From positions 328,539 through 392,538 of the forward strand of contig BOKX01000001.1 in the NCBI GenBank assembly GCA_016861205.1: a DNA stretch of 64,000 nucleotides, given 5' to 3'. Made by a program: the position numbers and the translations under genes. The stretch's first letter is position 1. The number at the start of each line of letters is the position of its first letter. Positions 9,309 to 18,583 of this stretch are shown here, piece by piece. The notes beneath the pieces were generated by a model. That model was not told where the DNA came from, searched no databases, and worked only from the letters and a program-made list of their open reading frames with translations. Source of the DNA: Patescibacteria group bacterium (GTDB lineage: Bacteria; Patescibacteriota; Microgenomatia; UBA1400; PJMF01).

Positions 9309-10427
9309 TTATCGGCTGGCTTTGGCTACCACTTCATACAAAGCTTTTGCAGCATCTTTGGTTTTGGGAACCTGGGCTAAACTAGCCAGGTAATTAGCTC
9401 GATGATTTTTAACATAGTGGAGTGCGGCAACTAACGCAGCAGCGGTGACCTGCTTTTGGGGAATGACGTATGTACCACCTACCCCAGCCAACCACTCGGC
9501 GTTTCGCTGTTGCTCATTACCATGTGAGAACGGTAAAGGAATAACCACACTGGGAAGTTCGAAAGTAATAAGTTCTGCCAAGGTGTTTGCACCTGCTCTG
9601 GCCACTACTACTTGGGCATTTTGGTAAATCCATGCCAAATCTGGCTCTGAAAACCATTCCGAAACAAAGTAGGCACCTTGTTGTGCAGCCGGTAACTTCG
9701 CTTTACTTCTCTCCAGTTGCTTTCGATAGTTCGTCGTCGCGGATTTGTTCCCGCACTGATGAATTACTAGCCACATTTTGGTGAGCGCCGGTAGCGACTG
9801 TTCAATCAGGGTGTTAATAACTTGCGAGCCTTGATTACCACCGGTGACGTACAAAATTGGCTTCCGGGTAGTACTTGGTAGCCAGTTGGGTCGACTCGGT
9901 TTGGGCGTGAATAAAACTGGACGCAAAGGATTACCGGTCACCACGACTTTCCGACCAGGCAGATCTCCGGTCGTGTCTGAAAATGACACTGCTACCGTCG
10001 TTGCGACCTTACTGATGAGCTTAGTGGCTGTGCCAACTACTCTGGTTTGCTCATGTGTCACAATCGGAACTCTCAGCAACCAAGCCGCCAAAGCTAAAGG
10101 CACTGCTAAGTACCCGCCAAACGACACATAAACCGTTGGCCGGTGTCGCAGGCAAATGTATAGAGCCTTCAGCCATGACCACGCAAACTGAAGTGGGAAG
10201 AGCAAAATCCATAAGCCTAGACCACTTTGCCACCGGGGTGCCCAGAACTCTACAAATGTTAAACCTCGGTTGGTGATTTCCTGATACTCATGCGCCAGCT
10301 GTTTGGTTTGGTCTTGTGAGTAGCGACGACCAGCGAACACCAACTCATCGGCCGTAGATTGTGACCGAATGTAGTCGCACAGTGCTAAAGCTGGGGTCAA
10401 GTGACCACCGGATAATAATATCTTCAT
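9309..10427 (-). CDS. murG: UDP-GlcNAc:lipid I N-acetylglucosaminyltransferase MurG (GT28)
   Basis: MKILLSGGHLTPALAL N-terminus, GGNQGS motif, 372 aa, dcw context. Confidence 0.85.
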   Translation of the reverse strand: MKILLSGGHLTPALALCDYIRSQSTADELVFAGRRYSQDQTKQLAHEYQEITNRGLTFVEFWAPRWQSGLGLWILLFPLQFAWSWLKALYICLRHRPTVYVSFGGYLAVPLALAAWLLRVPIVTHEQTRVVGTATKLISKVATTVAVSFSDTTGDLPGRKVVVTGNPLRPVLFTPKPSRPNWLPSTTRKPILYVTGGNQGSQVINTLIEQSLPALTKMWLVIHQCGNKSATTNYRKQLERSKAKLPAAQQGAYFVSEWFSEPDLAWIYQNAQVVVARAGANTLAELITFELPSVVIPLPFSHGNEQQRNAEWLAGVGGTYVIPQKQVTAAALVAALHYVKNHRANYLASLAQVPKTKDAAKALYEVVAKASR

Positions 10428-10438
10428 AGTTCACACTT

Positions 10439-11533
10439 CTATTTTTTGCTCGGTTTGGCAGACTTCGTTGCCGGTAGTGTTTGACGCCTGATAGCGATCA
10501 GGATACCTGTGGCCAACAATACCATGACTAGCGATGATCCTCCATACGAAAAAAATGGCAACGGCACACCAGTCAGGGGAACCAACGCGACGACCGCAGC
10601 CAAGTTGAGAACTGTTTGAAACGCAATCCATAACAATAGACCGACGGCCAACAGGTACTCAAAACTACCTGGTTCTGTCCCTTTAATGATTCGAACGCCA
10701 GTTGCTAAGTACAATCCGAACAGACTTATTAACGCCAATGATCCAATAAAACCAACCTCTTCGGCAATGATGGCAAAGATTGAGTCGGTACTGGCTTCAG
10801 GTATGTATGCATATTTTTGTCGGGAGTTGCCCAGCCCCTGACCAAACCAGTGACCATTTCCCAATGCTAAGGTAATTTGCCGAATGTGAAAGCCTGCTCC
10901 CAGTGGGTCACTCTCAGGATTCAAATAGGTGGTCACCCGAGCTAAGCGGTATGGCGAAGCAATAATGGCTAAACTAACGAGTACCAAGCCAGCGGCCACG
11001 ATCCCCATTATGTACTTGAGTTGTCCGCCAGCCACAAAGTAGAGAGCGAACGAGATGCCAACGAGCACCAACAGAGAGCCCAAGTCTGGCTGTAAAATCA
11101 CAAGGGCAGCCGGTACCCCGGTTAAAAAGAGCCATGGCAGTACGCGACGATGTTGAGTCAGCCAGGTAGCAAAAAACATAATGAGGGATAGCTTCATAAA
11201 CTCAACAGGTTGAAATACTGCTCCCCCGAGTGATATCCAGCGTCGTGCGCCATTGAGATCTAAACCTATCCCTGGCACAAATACTGCCAGTAGCAGTACG
11301 ACGCTCAAGCCAAACGCAATGGGACTAATCGTTCGCCACCATTTCAAGGGAACTTGAGTAGCAATCGCCAGAGCCACTACTCCAATACCCGCCCGGACCA
11401 CTTGTTGTTTGAGAAAAAAATAAGGATCTCCAACCATGTTGAAGGCTTCCGCCACCGACGCCTCAAACACAAACACCAGCCCGACGATCACGAGTAAAGC
11501 AGTAATACCAAGAAAACGCCAAGTGAGTGACAT
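10439..11533 (-). CDS. ftsW: SEDS family lipid II polymerase FtsW
   Basis: 10 TM. Motifs IPEASTDSIFA, FSYGGSSLV and PLTGVPLPF are conserved in FtsW/RodA; dcw context between mraY and murG. Confidence 0.85.
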   Translation of the reverse strand: MSLTWRFLGITALLVIVGLVFVFEASVAEAFNMVGDPYFFLKQQVVRAGIGVVALAIATQVPLKWWRTISPIAFGLSVVLLLAVFVPGIGLDLNGARRWISLGGAVFQPVEFMKLSLIMFFATWLTQHRRVLPWLFLTGVPAALVILQPDLGSLLVLVGISFALYFVAGGQLKYIMGIVAAGLVLVSLAIIASPYRLARVTTYLNPESDPLGAGFHIRQITLALGNGHWFGQGLGNSRQKYAYIPEASTDSIFAIIAEEVGFIGSLALISLFGLYLATGVRIIKGTEPGSFEYLLAVGLLLWIAFQTVLNLAAVVALVPLTGVPLPFFSYGGSSLVMVLLATGILIAIRRQTLPATKSAKPSKK

Positions 11534-11552
11534 AGAATGTCCTGCTGTTGCC

Positions 11553-12596
11553 CTAGATCATGGCTAGCCACACTCCAAAAAGGGTGAGCATCACCTGCAC
11601 TAGCCAGGCTCGTTGAACAATTTTGGGCTCTTCCCAACCGTACTGCTGTAGGAATAAATGAAACGGAGCCGCCGGCATAATTTTTTTGCCACGGAATCGC
11701 TTCGACATCAGTTGAATAAATGAACTACCAATTTCAAACACAAAGATAAAACCAATCACCACTAGGGCGATCACTTTCCCCAGCAATAAACCTACTACGG
11801 CCAACGTGGCTCCAAACGCTAATGCGCCAACATCTCCCATAAACATCCGCGCTGGGTACACATTAAAGTACAAAAACGAGACGAGTGACCCAATCCAAAG
11901 CGCCAAAAAGAGTGAAAGGGGTACATCCAAAATTGAAGCTGACAAAAACCACAAACCAAACAGTGAAATCATCAGCGTTCCTGAAGCCAAACCATCCAAG
12001 CCATCGGTGATGTTAACCGCATTTGCAAATGCAACGATAACAAAAGTGGCAAACGGCACATACAACCAACCCAAATGGAAGGTACCAATGAATGGAATAT
12101 GGACAAACGAAATGCCTAAGTCTAAATGGAGAAGCAAGGCAATTCCGAAAGCGAGCAGGATCTGAAGCACTAGTTTGTGTTTAAGCCTCAAACCAAAAAA
12201 AGCTTCTTTCTCAAACCGAAAAAATTTCTTGACATCATCATACAAACCCAACAAACCAAACGACAAAAAAGTCAAAAAGATAACGTTGATCTCGGCTTGT
12301 GCATCTTTGTACACCCCGGTCACTTCCACTCCAAAAATCCTAAACAGCGGCAGCAAGAGTGCAAAAATGAGTGACACCACAATAATCACCAATAAACCGC
12401 CCCCGACAGGCACACCAGCTTTTTGCCGATGAAACTTGTCAAAAATCGGTGTCAACATGCCAAATGCGTCGCGGGTTTTTTGCTCGGCTCGTTGGAAACG
12501 AAGGGCGTAAAGAGTGTTAATAAACGGCACAATCAGGACACTCGTTACAATGAACGAAAACAACAATACACCCAAAACTAAGGCTAGTGATCCCAT
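11553..12596 (-). CDS. mraY: Phospho-N-acetylmuramoyl-pentapeptide transferase MraY
   Basis: NAVNITDGLDGLA and MGDVGALAFG motifs; 10 TM. Confidence 0.9.
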   Translation of the reverse strand: MGSLALVLGVLLFSFIVTSVLIVPFINTLYALRFQRAEQKTRDAFGMLTPIFDKFHRQKAGVPVGGGLLVIIVVSLIFALLLPLFRIFGVEVTGVYKDAQAEINVIFLTFLSFGLLGLYDDVKKFFRFEKEAFFGLRLKHKLVLQILLAFGIALLLHLDLGISFVHIPFIGTFHLGWLYVPFATFVIVAFANAVNITDGLDGLASGTLMISLFGLWFLSASILDVPLSLFLALWIGSLVSFLYFNVYPARMFMGDVGALAFGATLAVVGLLLGKVIALVVIGFIFVFEIGSSFIQLMSKRFRGKKIMPAAPFHLFLQQYGWEEPKIVQRAWLVQVMLTLFGVWLAMI

Positions 12597-12603
12597 ACGT
12601 CCT

Positions 12604-13929
12604 TTACGTTTCTCGCCGATCGATGGTGGCTCCCATCACTCGGAACTGCTGATCCAACTCTTCATAGCCTCGGTCAATCTGATGGCTGGGATCGTGCAGT
12701 ATGGTTTGACCTGATGCAATCATACCAGCAATCATCAAGGTCGCACCATGACGTAAATCTTTCACTTCAAACTCACCTGGCTTTAAAGCTGCAGGACCAG
12801 TAATCGCAATAGCGTGCGGAGCTGCTAGTGCTTCTGGTGTCAGATTAAAGTTGTACACCGACTCTGGATTATCAACCTTCATATCTAAGTACTCAATTTT
12901 CGCCCCCATTGCTTGGAGTGAAGGGACATACCCGAAACGCTTTTCGTAGATGGTCTCGTGGAGTTGACTGGTTCCAGTTGCTTGTGTCATCAACGTGACC
13001 CACAGTGGCTGCCAGTCCGTCATAAAACCAGGATGCGGTAGGGTTGTAACCTGAGTAGCTTGGAGTGGTTCTTGGTAGTAAAACCGAATACCATACTGAC
13101 CAACTTCGTACCCAGCCTTTGCTTCGCTCAAAGCGTCCAAAAATGCTGTTAAATCTTTAGCTCGAGCGTCCTCCACAATGACATCACCTTTGGTGGCCAA
13201 AGCGGCACAAGCGAAACTAACCACTTGGTTGCGATCAGGCATAATTTTGAACACCACACCGTGTAAACTCTGCACGCCTTTGATGACAATGGTGCGCGGC
13301 TCCACCCGCTTGATGTCAGCACCCATTTGGTTTAAGTAGCTTATTAATTCATCAACTTCAGTTTCCTGAGCGGCATTCTCAAGCGTGGTAGTGCCCTCGG
13401 CTAAAACGGAAGCCATCAAAAGTGTTTCAGTGCCGGTGTGCGAATTTTTTGCAAATCGATAGGTTGTGCCAATGAGCTTCTCAGCAACTACCTCAATCAT
13501 GTCTCCGTCTTGTGAGACTTTGGCACCAAGTGCTGTTAAACCTTCAAAGTGACGTTCGAGTGACCGCTTGCCAATTTTGTCACCGCCTGGGAACGGGACT
13601 CGAGCTCGACCAAATTTGTGCAATAAAATTGGGATGAACATGGTTGATGCTCGCGATGCTTCACCGTGCTCAGCCGAGATTTCACTCTTACTGAGATTTT
13701 TGGGATCAATCATGTAAGCACGCTCACCCACTTGTTGTGCTTGACCACCTAAGTTTCGGATCAGCTGAGCAACTAACTCAACATCACTAATTTTGCTAAA
13801 GTTCAACAACCGTGACGGGGTACTTGCCAACAAGGCCGAGATCATCAACTTGTATGATGCGTTTTTGGCACCACCTACTCGGACTGAACCATACAAGGGT
13901 GTACCACCGGTGATCACATATGTTGGCAT
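12604..13929 (-). CDS. murA: UDP-N-acetylglucosamine 1-carboxyvinyltransferase MurA
   Basis: 441 aa. VRVGGAKNA motif near the N-terminus; EPSP-synthase-like fold length. Confidence 0.85.
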   Translation of the reverse strand: MPTYVITGGTPLYGSVRVGGAKNASYKLMISALLASTPSRLLNFSKISDVELVAQLIRNLGGQAQQVGERAYMIDPKNLSKSEISAEHGEASRASTMFIPILLHKFGRARVPFPGGDKIGKRSLERHFEGLTALGAKVSQDGDMIEVVAEKLIGTTYRFAKNSHTGTETLLMASVLAEGTTTLENAAQETEVDELISYLNQMGADIKRVEPRTIVIKGVQSLHGVVFKIMPDRNQVVSFACAALATKGDVIVEDARAKDLTAFLDALSEAKAGYEVGQYGIRFYYQEPLQATQVTTLPHPGFMTDWQPLWVTLMTQATGTSQLHETIYEKRFGYVPSLQAMGAKIEYLDMKVDNPESVYNFNLTPEALAAPHAIAITGPAALKPGEFEVKDLRHGATLMIAGMIASGQTILHDPSHQIDRGYEELDQQFRVMGATIDRRET

Positions 13930-13938
13930 AAAAATCCT

Positions 13939-16338
13939 CTAGCCCAAGTAAAAGACTTCCTCCTGCAACTCGACTTGGAATCGCTCTTTGACTCTCGCTT
14001 TTACCAGAGCAATTAGTTCTTTAACTTGAGCCGCAGTACCACCGCCTTTATTGATCATAAAGGCTGCATGTTTATGACTGACTTCAATTGGACCACAGTG
14101 TTCACCTTTCAGTCCAGCTTGATCAATCAGGAAACCACCTGAGATATGTTCTCGATCAACAAACTGAGGAAAAAGTTTTTTGAGCTCAGGGGTGTTCGGG
14201 ACGTTTTGAAAAATACAACCTGAGCTGGGTTCTCCTAATGGCTGGGTTGTGGCTCGATATTGAGTCGCCTTTTTAACTAACTCAGCTGAGGTCTGTGGAT
14301 CACCAGGTGGCAATGCAAACTCTACTGCCACAACCACTTCACCGCTTGTCTGGAAACGAGAGTGATCGTACGCAAAGTCACATTCGGACTGATCGAGCCA
14401 AGTTAGTTGAAATTGTTTATCAAGAACTTGTACTCGGTGGATGTGACTACCAATCAAATCAGCTAAATAATGCGCGTTGTTCACAACCGCGCCACCCAAC
14501 GTGCCTGGCACTCCCAAAAAGTACTCTAACCCCGCCAGCTTCCAATCAATCGCCTGTCGGACCAGCAAACCCATTCGGGTACCGGCACCGGCTCGGATCA
14601 CCCGTTTCTCGTCAACATAGGTATCAGTCAGCTCCACACCAGAGTTGGCCAGGCGGATAACTATGCCACGAATCCCTTCATCAGCTACGATGACATTGCT
14701 TGCCCCGCCCAACATGGTAATCGGTATCCCGCGGCGCTGGCTCCACGCCCAGATTTGACCAAGTTGTTCGGCCTGTGTTATTTCGGCCAATACGTCAGCT
14801 GGGCCACCGATCTTAAAGTACGTCACACTGGCCATTGGCACTGAAAAACGCCACTCTATATCAGGGAAAACCTCAGCCAATTCCTTTGCCCACTCAGTTG
14901 GATAGAGCTGGTCATGGATTTGGTAAATGTCCCCAGCACCAACTGTCAGCACCACATCGCCTGCCGCTAGTTGGGTTCGACAAAAAGCAACAACCGCTGC
15001 ATTCGTTTTTAGGTTTTCTACCTTGGACTGTGGGTAGCGCTCCCGAATCGCCTGACATAGTGTGTCACTGCTGATTGTGTCATCAAACTGCTCCCGGGCT
15101 GATGGGAAAATGTCTGTCATAACCACTTGGTCAGCTTGCTCAAATGCTGTCACGAACTCATCAAACAAGGCTTTCGTTCGTGAAAAGGTGTGACTTTGAA
15201 AAGCCACGACCAGTTTCTGATCTGGAAACCACTCTTTGTACGCTTTGATGACTTCAGCAACTTCGTGCGGATGATGTGCATAGTCATCATAGTAACGAAC
15301 CCCGGCTTTTTCACCCTTGAACTCGGCTCGCCGCTGCGTGGATCGAAATGTGGCTAAGGCATCGACGATGTCTGAAATGCTCAGCCCTAGTTGGTGGCAT
15401 GCTGCGACGGCGGCAACTGCATTCATCATGTTGTACTTACCAGGCAACTGCAGTCTCAGAGGATAGTTTTGACCTTGATACGTCAGCATACCGGCACTGA
15501 CACCTCGGATCACTTGATACTGTGTTAACTCAAACACCGCATTTGATCCTTGCCCGTAGTAAACGATCTGAGCTTTAAGCTGTGGCTCTCGCCGAAGCAT
15601 CATTTCAATATGTGGCCGGTCATCACTGTTGACGACTAAAAGTCCGTCAGTTGGCAGTTGCGCAAAAAATGTTTGAAAAACTTCCAGTGTGTGGTCAAAA
15701 TCTCGATAGACATCTGGATGGTCGAAACGCAAGTTGGTACACACCGTGAGATGTGGCTTAAGGAAGGAAAACCGTGGGGTGATCGCTTCTTGCCGGCTGG
15801 GGGCAGCGGGATCTACAACGTACTCATCAGCCTCGGCCACGAAATAGGGACTGTCACTCGACCATTGACCAGACTTGTTTAACCCAATAATATTTCCGAC
15901 CCCAATCGCAAAACTGGGTTTTTTGCCTACTTTCTCTAACACCCACGCAATCATGGCACTCGTGGTTGATTTGCCCCCCACACCACAAACAGCGATGCCA
16001 TGTTTGGCATTAAATAGTTGTCCCAAAGCTTCAGCGTGGGACCACGTTGGTAAACCTTGGTGTTGAGCTTGTTTGACTAATGGATTTGCTGGTCCTTGAT
16101 GTGCGGCTGTGTACACCACCGCTTCAATATCACTCGGCAAAACTTGTTCAAAACCTGTGTCTATCACCACTCCCAATCGGTTTAACATCGGTTGGGTAAC
16201 GAACTCTTCAGCCACGTCACAACCTCTGACTTGAATGCCAGCTTCAGCGAGACACTGTGCCAGGGCAGTCATAGCTACCCCTTTAATACCAATCAAATAG
16301 ACCGATTTGGCTGTTAGTAGTTCCATAGACCGCTGCAC
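13939..16338 (-). CDS. murC-murB: Bifunctional fusion: UDP-N-acetylmuramate--L-alanine ligase (MurC) + UDP-N-acetylenolpyruvoylglucosamine reductase (MurB)
   Basis: 799 aa. N-terminal half: GIKGVAMTALAQ Rossmann motif, CGVGGKSTTSAM Mur-ligase P-loop, DDYAHHPHEV (MurC motif). C-terminal ~300 aa: FKIGGPADVLAEI...LGGASNVIVADEG (MurB FAD-binding domain). Confidence 0.85.
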   Translation of the reverse strand: MQRSMELLTAKSVYLIGIKGVAMTALAQCLAEAGIQVRGCDVAEEFVTQPMLNRLGVVIDTGFEQVLPSDIEAVVYTAAHQGPANPLVKQAQHQGLPTWSHAEALGQLFNAKHGIAVCGVGGKSTTSAMIAWVLEKVGKKPSFAIGVGNIIGLNKSGQWSSDSPYFVAEADEYVVDPAAPSRQEAITPRFSFLKPHLTVCTNLRFDHPDVYRDFDHTLEVFQTFFAQLPTDGLLVVNSDDRPHIEMMLRREPQLKAQIVYYGQGSNAVFELTQYQVIRGVSAGMLTYQGQNYPLRLQLPGKYNMMNAVAAVAACHQLGLSISDIVDALATFRSTQRRAEFKGEKAGVRYYDDYAHHPHEVAEVIKAYKEWFPDQKLVVAFQSHTFSRTKALFDEFVTAFEQADQVVMTDIFPSAREQFDDTISSDTLCQAIRERYPQSKVENLKTNAAVVAFCRTQLAAGDVVLTVGAGDIYQIHDQLYPTEWAKELAEVFPDIEWRFSVPMASVTYFKIGGPADVLAEITQAEQLGQIWAWSQRRGIPITMLGGASNVIVADEGIRGIVIRLANSGVELTDTYVDEKRVIRAGAGTRMGLLVRQAIDWKLAGLEYFLGVPGTLGGAVVNNAHYLADLIGSHIHRVQVLDKQFQLTWLDQSECDFAYDHSRFQTSGEVVVAVEFALPPGDPQTSAELVKKATQYRATTQPLGEPSSGCIFQNVPNTPELKKLFPQFVDREHISGGFLIDQAGLKGEHCGPIEVSHKHAAFMINKGGGTAAQVKELIALVKARVKERFQVELQEEVFYLG

Positions 16339-16343
16339 CTGCT

Positions 16344-17336
16344 TTACTTGGCTTTCAAAATTCGTGCCAGTACCTGCTCAACTTTCTGGGTATCGTGGCG
16401 CAACAACGACCGATGAGCAGTATCGTACGCCACTTTGGCTACCAATTCATCACTAATCAGTGGGGTGCGAATCACTCGGGGATCATCGCCGAGATCATCC
16501 TCAACCGGGAACTCACCTTCATGAGCATAAACTTCCAGTGTCTCTGGTGGAATTGGCTGGTTGTTGACCACAACAATGTCCACTTTTTGACCGATTGATT
16601 TCTCGATACCGGCTAAGTGTTCACTAGCGGTCATGTCTGGGGTCTGAGTCAAACGCGTCATCAGGTTCATCATGTACACAACTTTACCTGCTGAGCTGTT
16701 GACAGCTTTGCCTAAACCTTTAGCAACTAGAACGGCTTGAACACTAGCGTAGTAATCTCCTGGGCCGATCACAATCAAGTCAGCTTCTTTAATATCGTGT
16801 GCTGCACTCGGGTTGATTGGGGCAGATGGCACGAGTGATACATGGGTAACTCTGCGTGGCTGCGTCGGTGTTTCATCTAAAATGTGCTCACCAATCTGGA
16901 CAGTACCATCGGCGTAATGAATCTCCAAGTTCACCAAGTCTTGCGTCACAGGAATCACAGAGCCGTCGATCCGGAACACTTTTTCAGCGATTTCCAAAGC
17001 ACGTGTCGTGTCGCCGGTCATGTCCTGTAAAGCGGTCAAAATTAAGTTACCCAAATTGTGCCCTTTGAGACCTTCACCTTTAGCGAAACGATACAGCAAA
17101 ATTCGCTTAATCCACTCTTGGCCTTCACTCTCAGCCATGGCCGCAAGTGATTGGCGGAGGTCACCCACCGGTTGAAAACCAAATTCATCACGAATCCGGC
17201 CAGTCGACCCACCTGAGTCAGAAACACAAACCACTGTTGAAACTGAAGCGTTGAGGCGTTTCAGGGCGGTAATTACTGGGAACGTACCTGTTCCACCACC
17301 CATTACTACTGCTTTGGTTTGGGTTGCCATAGCCAC
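16344..17336 (-). CDS. yvcK: YvcK/CofD-family (UPF0052) protein, gluconeogenesis-factor/GlmR-like
   Basis: VVMGGGTGTFPVITALK...VVCVSDSGGSTGRIRDEFGFQPVGDLRQ matches the YvcK/CofD signature (GGGTG...DDGGSSGRLR). Confidence 0.75.
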   Translation of the reverse strand: MAMATQTKAVVMGGGTGTFPVITALKRLNASVSTVVCVSDSGGSTGRIRDEFGFQPVGDLRQSLAAMAESEGQEWIKRILLYRFAKGEGLKGHNLGNLILTALQDMTGDTTRALEIAEKVFRIDGSVIPVTQDLVNLEIHYADGTVQIGEHILDETPTQPRRVTHVSLVPSAPINPSAAHDIKEADLIVIGPGDYYASVQAVLVAKGLGKAVNSSAGKVVYMMNLMTRLTQTPDMTASEHLAGIEKSIGQKVDIVVVNNQPIPPETLEVYAHEGEFPVEDDLGDDPRVIRTPLISDELVAKVAYDTAHRSLLRHDTQKVEQVLARILKAK

Positions 17337-17339
17337 TTT

Positions 17340-18563
17340 CTATTTAGTTGCTACTAAGGCTGTGTCCACAGCCACTCGGTCACTCCAAGGATACTCCTGA
17401 TGACCATAGGCCATACTCTGTTCGTGGCCCTTGCCTAGGATCGCAATCGTATCACCTTTTTTGGCCAAAGTCCGAATCGCGAAGGTAATCGCTTCTTGAC
17501 GATCTGCGATAGAAACAACGTTCCGGTGTTGAGCACTTAGATCAGACTTCATTTGTCGAATAATAGACCAGATGTCTTCGGTCCGAGGATCCTCAGCCGT
17601 AAAAACCGCTACATCAGCAATTTCCGCACCATACCGGCCCATTTTTGGTCGCTTTTGCGTGTCACGAAGACCGGCGCACCCAAAAACCGCAATCAATTTT
17701 TGGCCGGTTTTTAGTTCCTGTTTGAGCGTAGTTAAGACAGCTTTAACAGCTTGAGGTGTATGGGCAAAATCTATCACGATCTTCAAACCACGCCGGTTGG
17801 TAACAGTCTCCATTCGACCTGGCACACCTCGAAACTGTTCGAGCGCTTGAATGAGGGCCTTGTTCGGCAAACCGAGTTCATCAGCTATTGTAGCCACCAA
17901 ACTAGCGTTGCGTTGGTTGTAGTCCTGCGTGAATCGCTCTTTGATGGCAGCGCGCACGCTTCGGGGCAGTTCAGCAGGGGTGGTATAGGTACGCAGGTGT
18001 TGGTTGTGACCGATGTATTTTTTGAGCTTTCCAAAAGACTCGTCATCAGCATTGAGCACGACCGTCTTAGCCTGCTTGAGCAGTAATGCTTTGGCAGCCA
18101 CATACTTTTCGTACGTTAAGTGATAATCGAGATGCTCATAGTTGATGTTCGTTACCCCCACAACTAAAGGTTTGATACCCCAGGTTCGATACTGATACAC
18201 CCCGTGTGAAGTAGCCTCCAGTACTAAGTATTCATAGCCTTCATCAACCAACTGACGCATGAAACCATAGAGTTGTTCTGGCTCTGGTGATGTGACATGA
18301 AAACCCGTATCAACTGCAGTATCGCCGGCATAGGCAGCTACCGTTGACACCAGTCCGACTTTCAAACCTGCGGCTTTCAAGGTCTCGTAGAGTAATGTTG
18401 ACGAAGTCGTTTTGCCGTCAGTCCCGGTTATAGCCAGAATTTTGAGGTGTCTTTCGGGGAACCGGTAGCGCCACTGGGCGCGAGCACCTTGCAGCAAGCC
18501 TGTTTTAAAAAAATGATACGGACGTTTGAGATAGTAGATCGAGGTGGCCACGATAGAGCTCAT
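17340..18563 (-). CDS. Mur ligase family protein, MurE-like but lacking most of the N-terminal UDP-binding domain
   Basis: 407 aa. The P-loop ITGTDGKTTSS is already at residue ~45 (MurC/D/E/F have it at ~110). C-terminal EDPR resembles the MurE DNPR motif. Its position after ftsI is where murE usually sits. Confidence 0.6.
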   Translation of the reverse strand: MSSIVATSIYYLKRPYHFFKTGLLQGARAQWRYRFPERHLKILAITGTDGKTTSSTLLYETLKAAGLKVGLVSTVAAYAGDTAVDTGFHVTSPEPEQLYGFMRQLVDEGYEYLVLEATSHGVYQYRTWGIKPLVVGVTNINYEHLDYHLTYEKYVAAKALLLKQAKTVVLNADDESFGKLKKYIGHNQHLRTYTTPAELPRSVRAAIKERFTQDYNQRNASLVATIADELGLPNKALIQALEQFRGVPGRMETVTNRRGLKIVIDFAHTPQAVKAVLTTLKQELKTGQKLIAVFGCAGLRDTQKRPKMGRYGAEIADVAVFTAEDPRTEDIWSIIRQMKSDLSAQHRNVVSIADRQEAITFAIRTLAKKGDTIAILGKGHEQSMAYGHQEYPWSDRVAVDTALVATK

Positions 18564-18583
18564 AGCAATCCATTATAGCGCAC

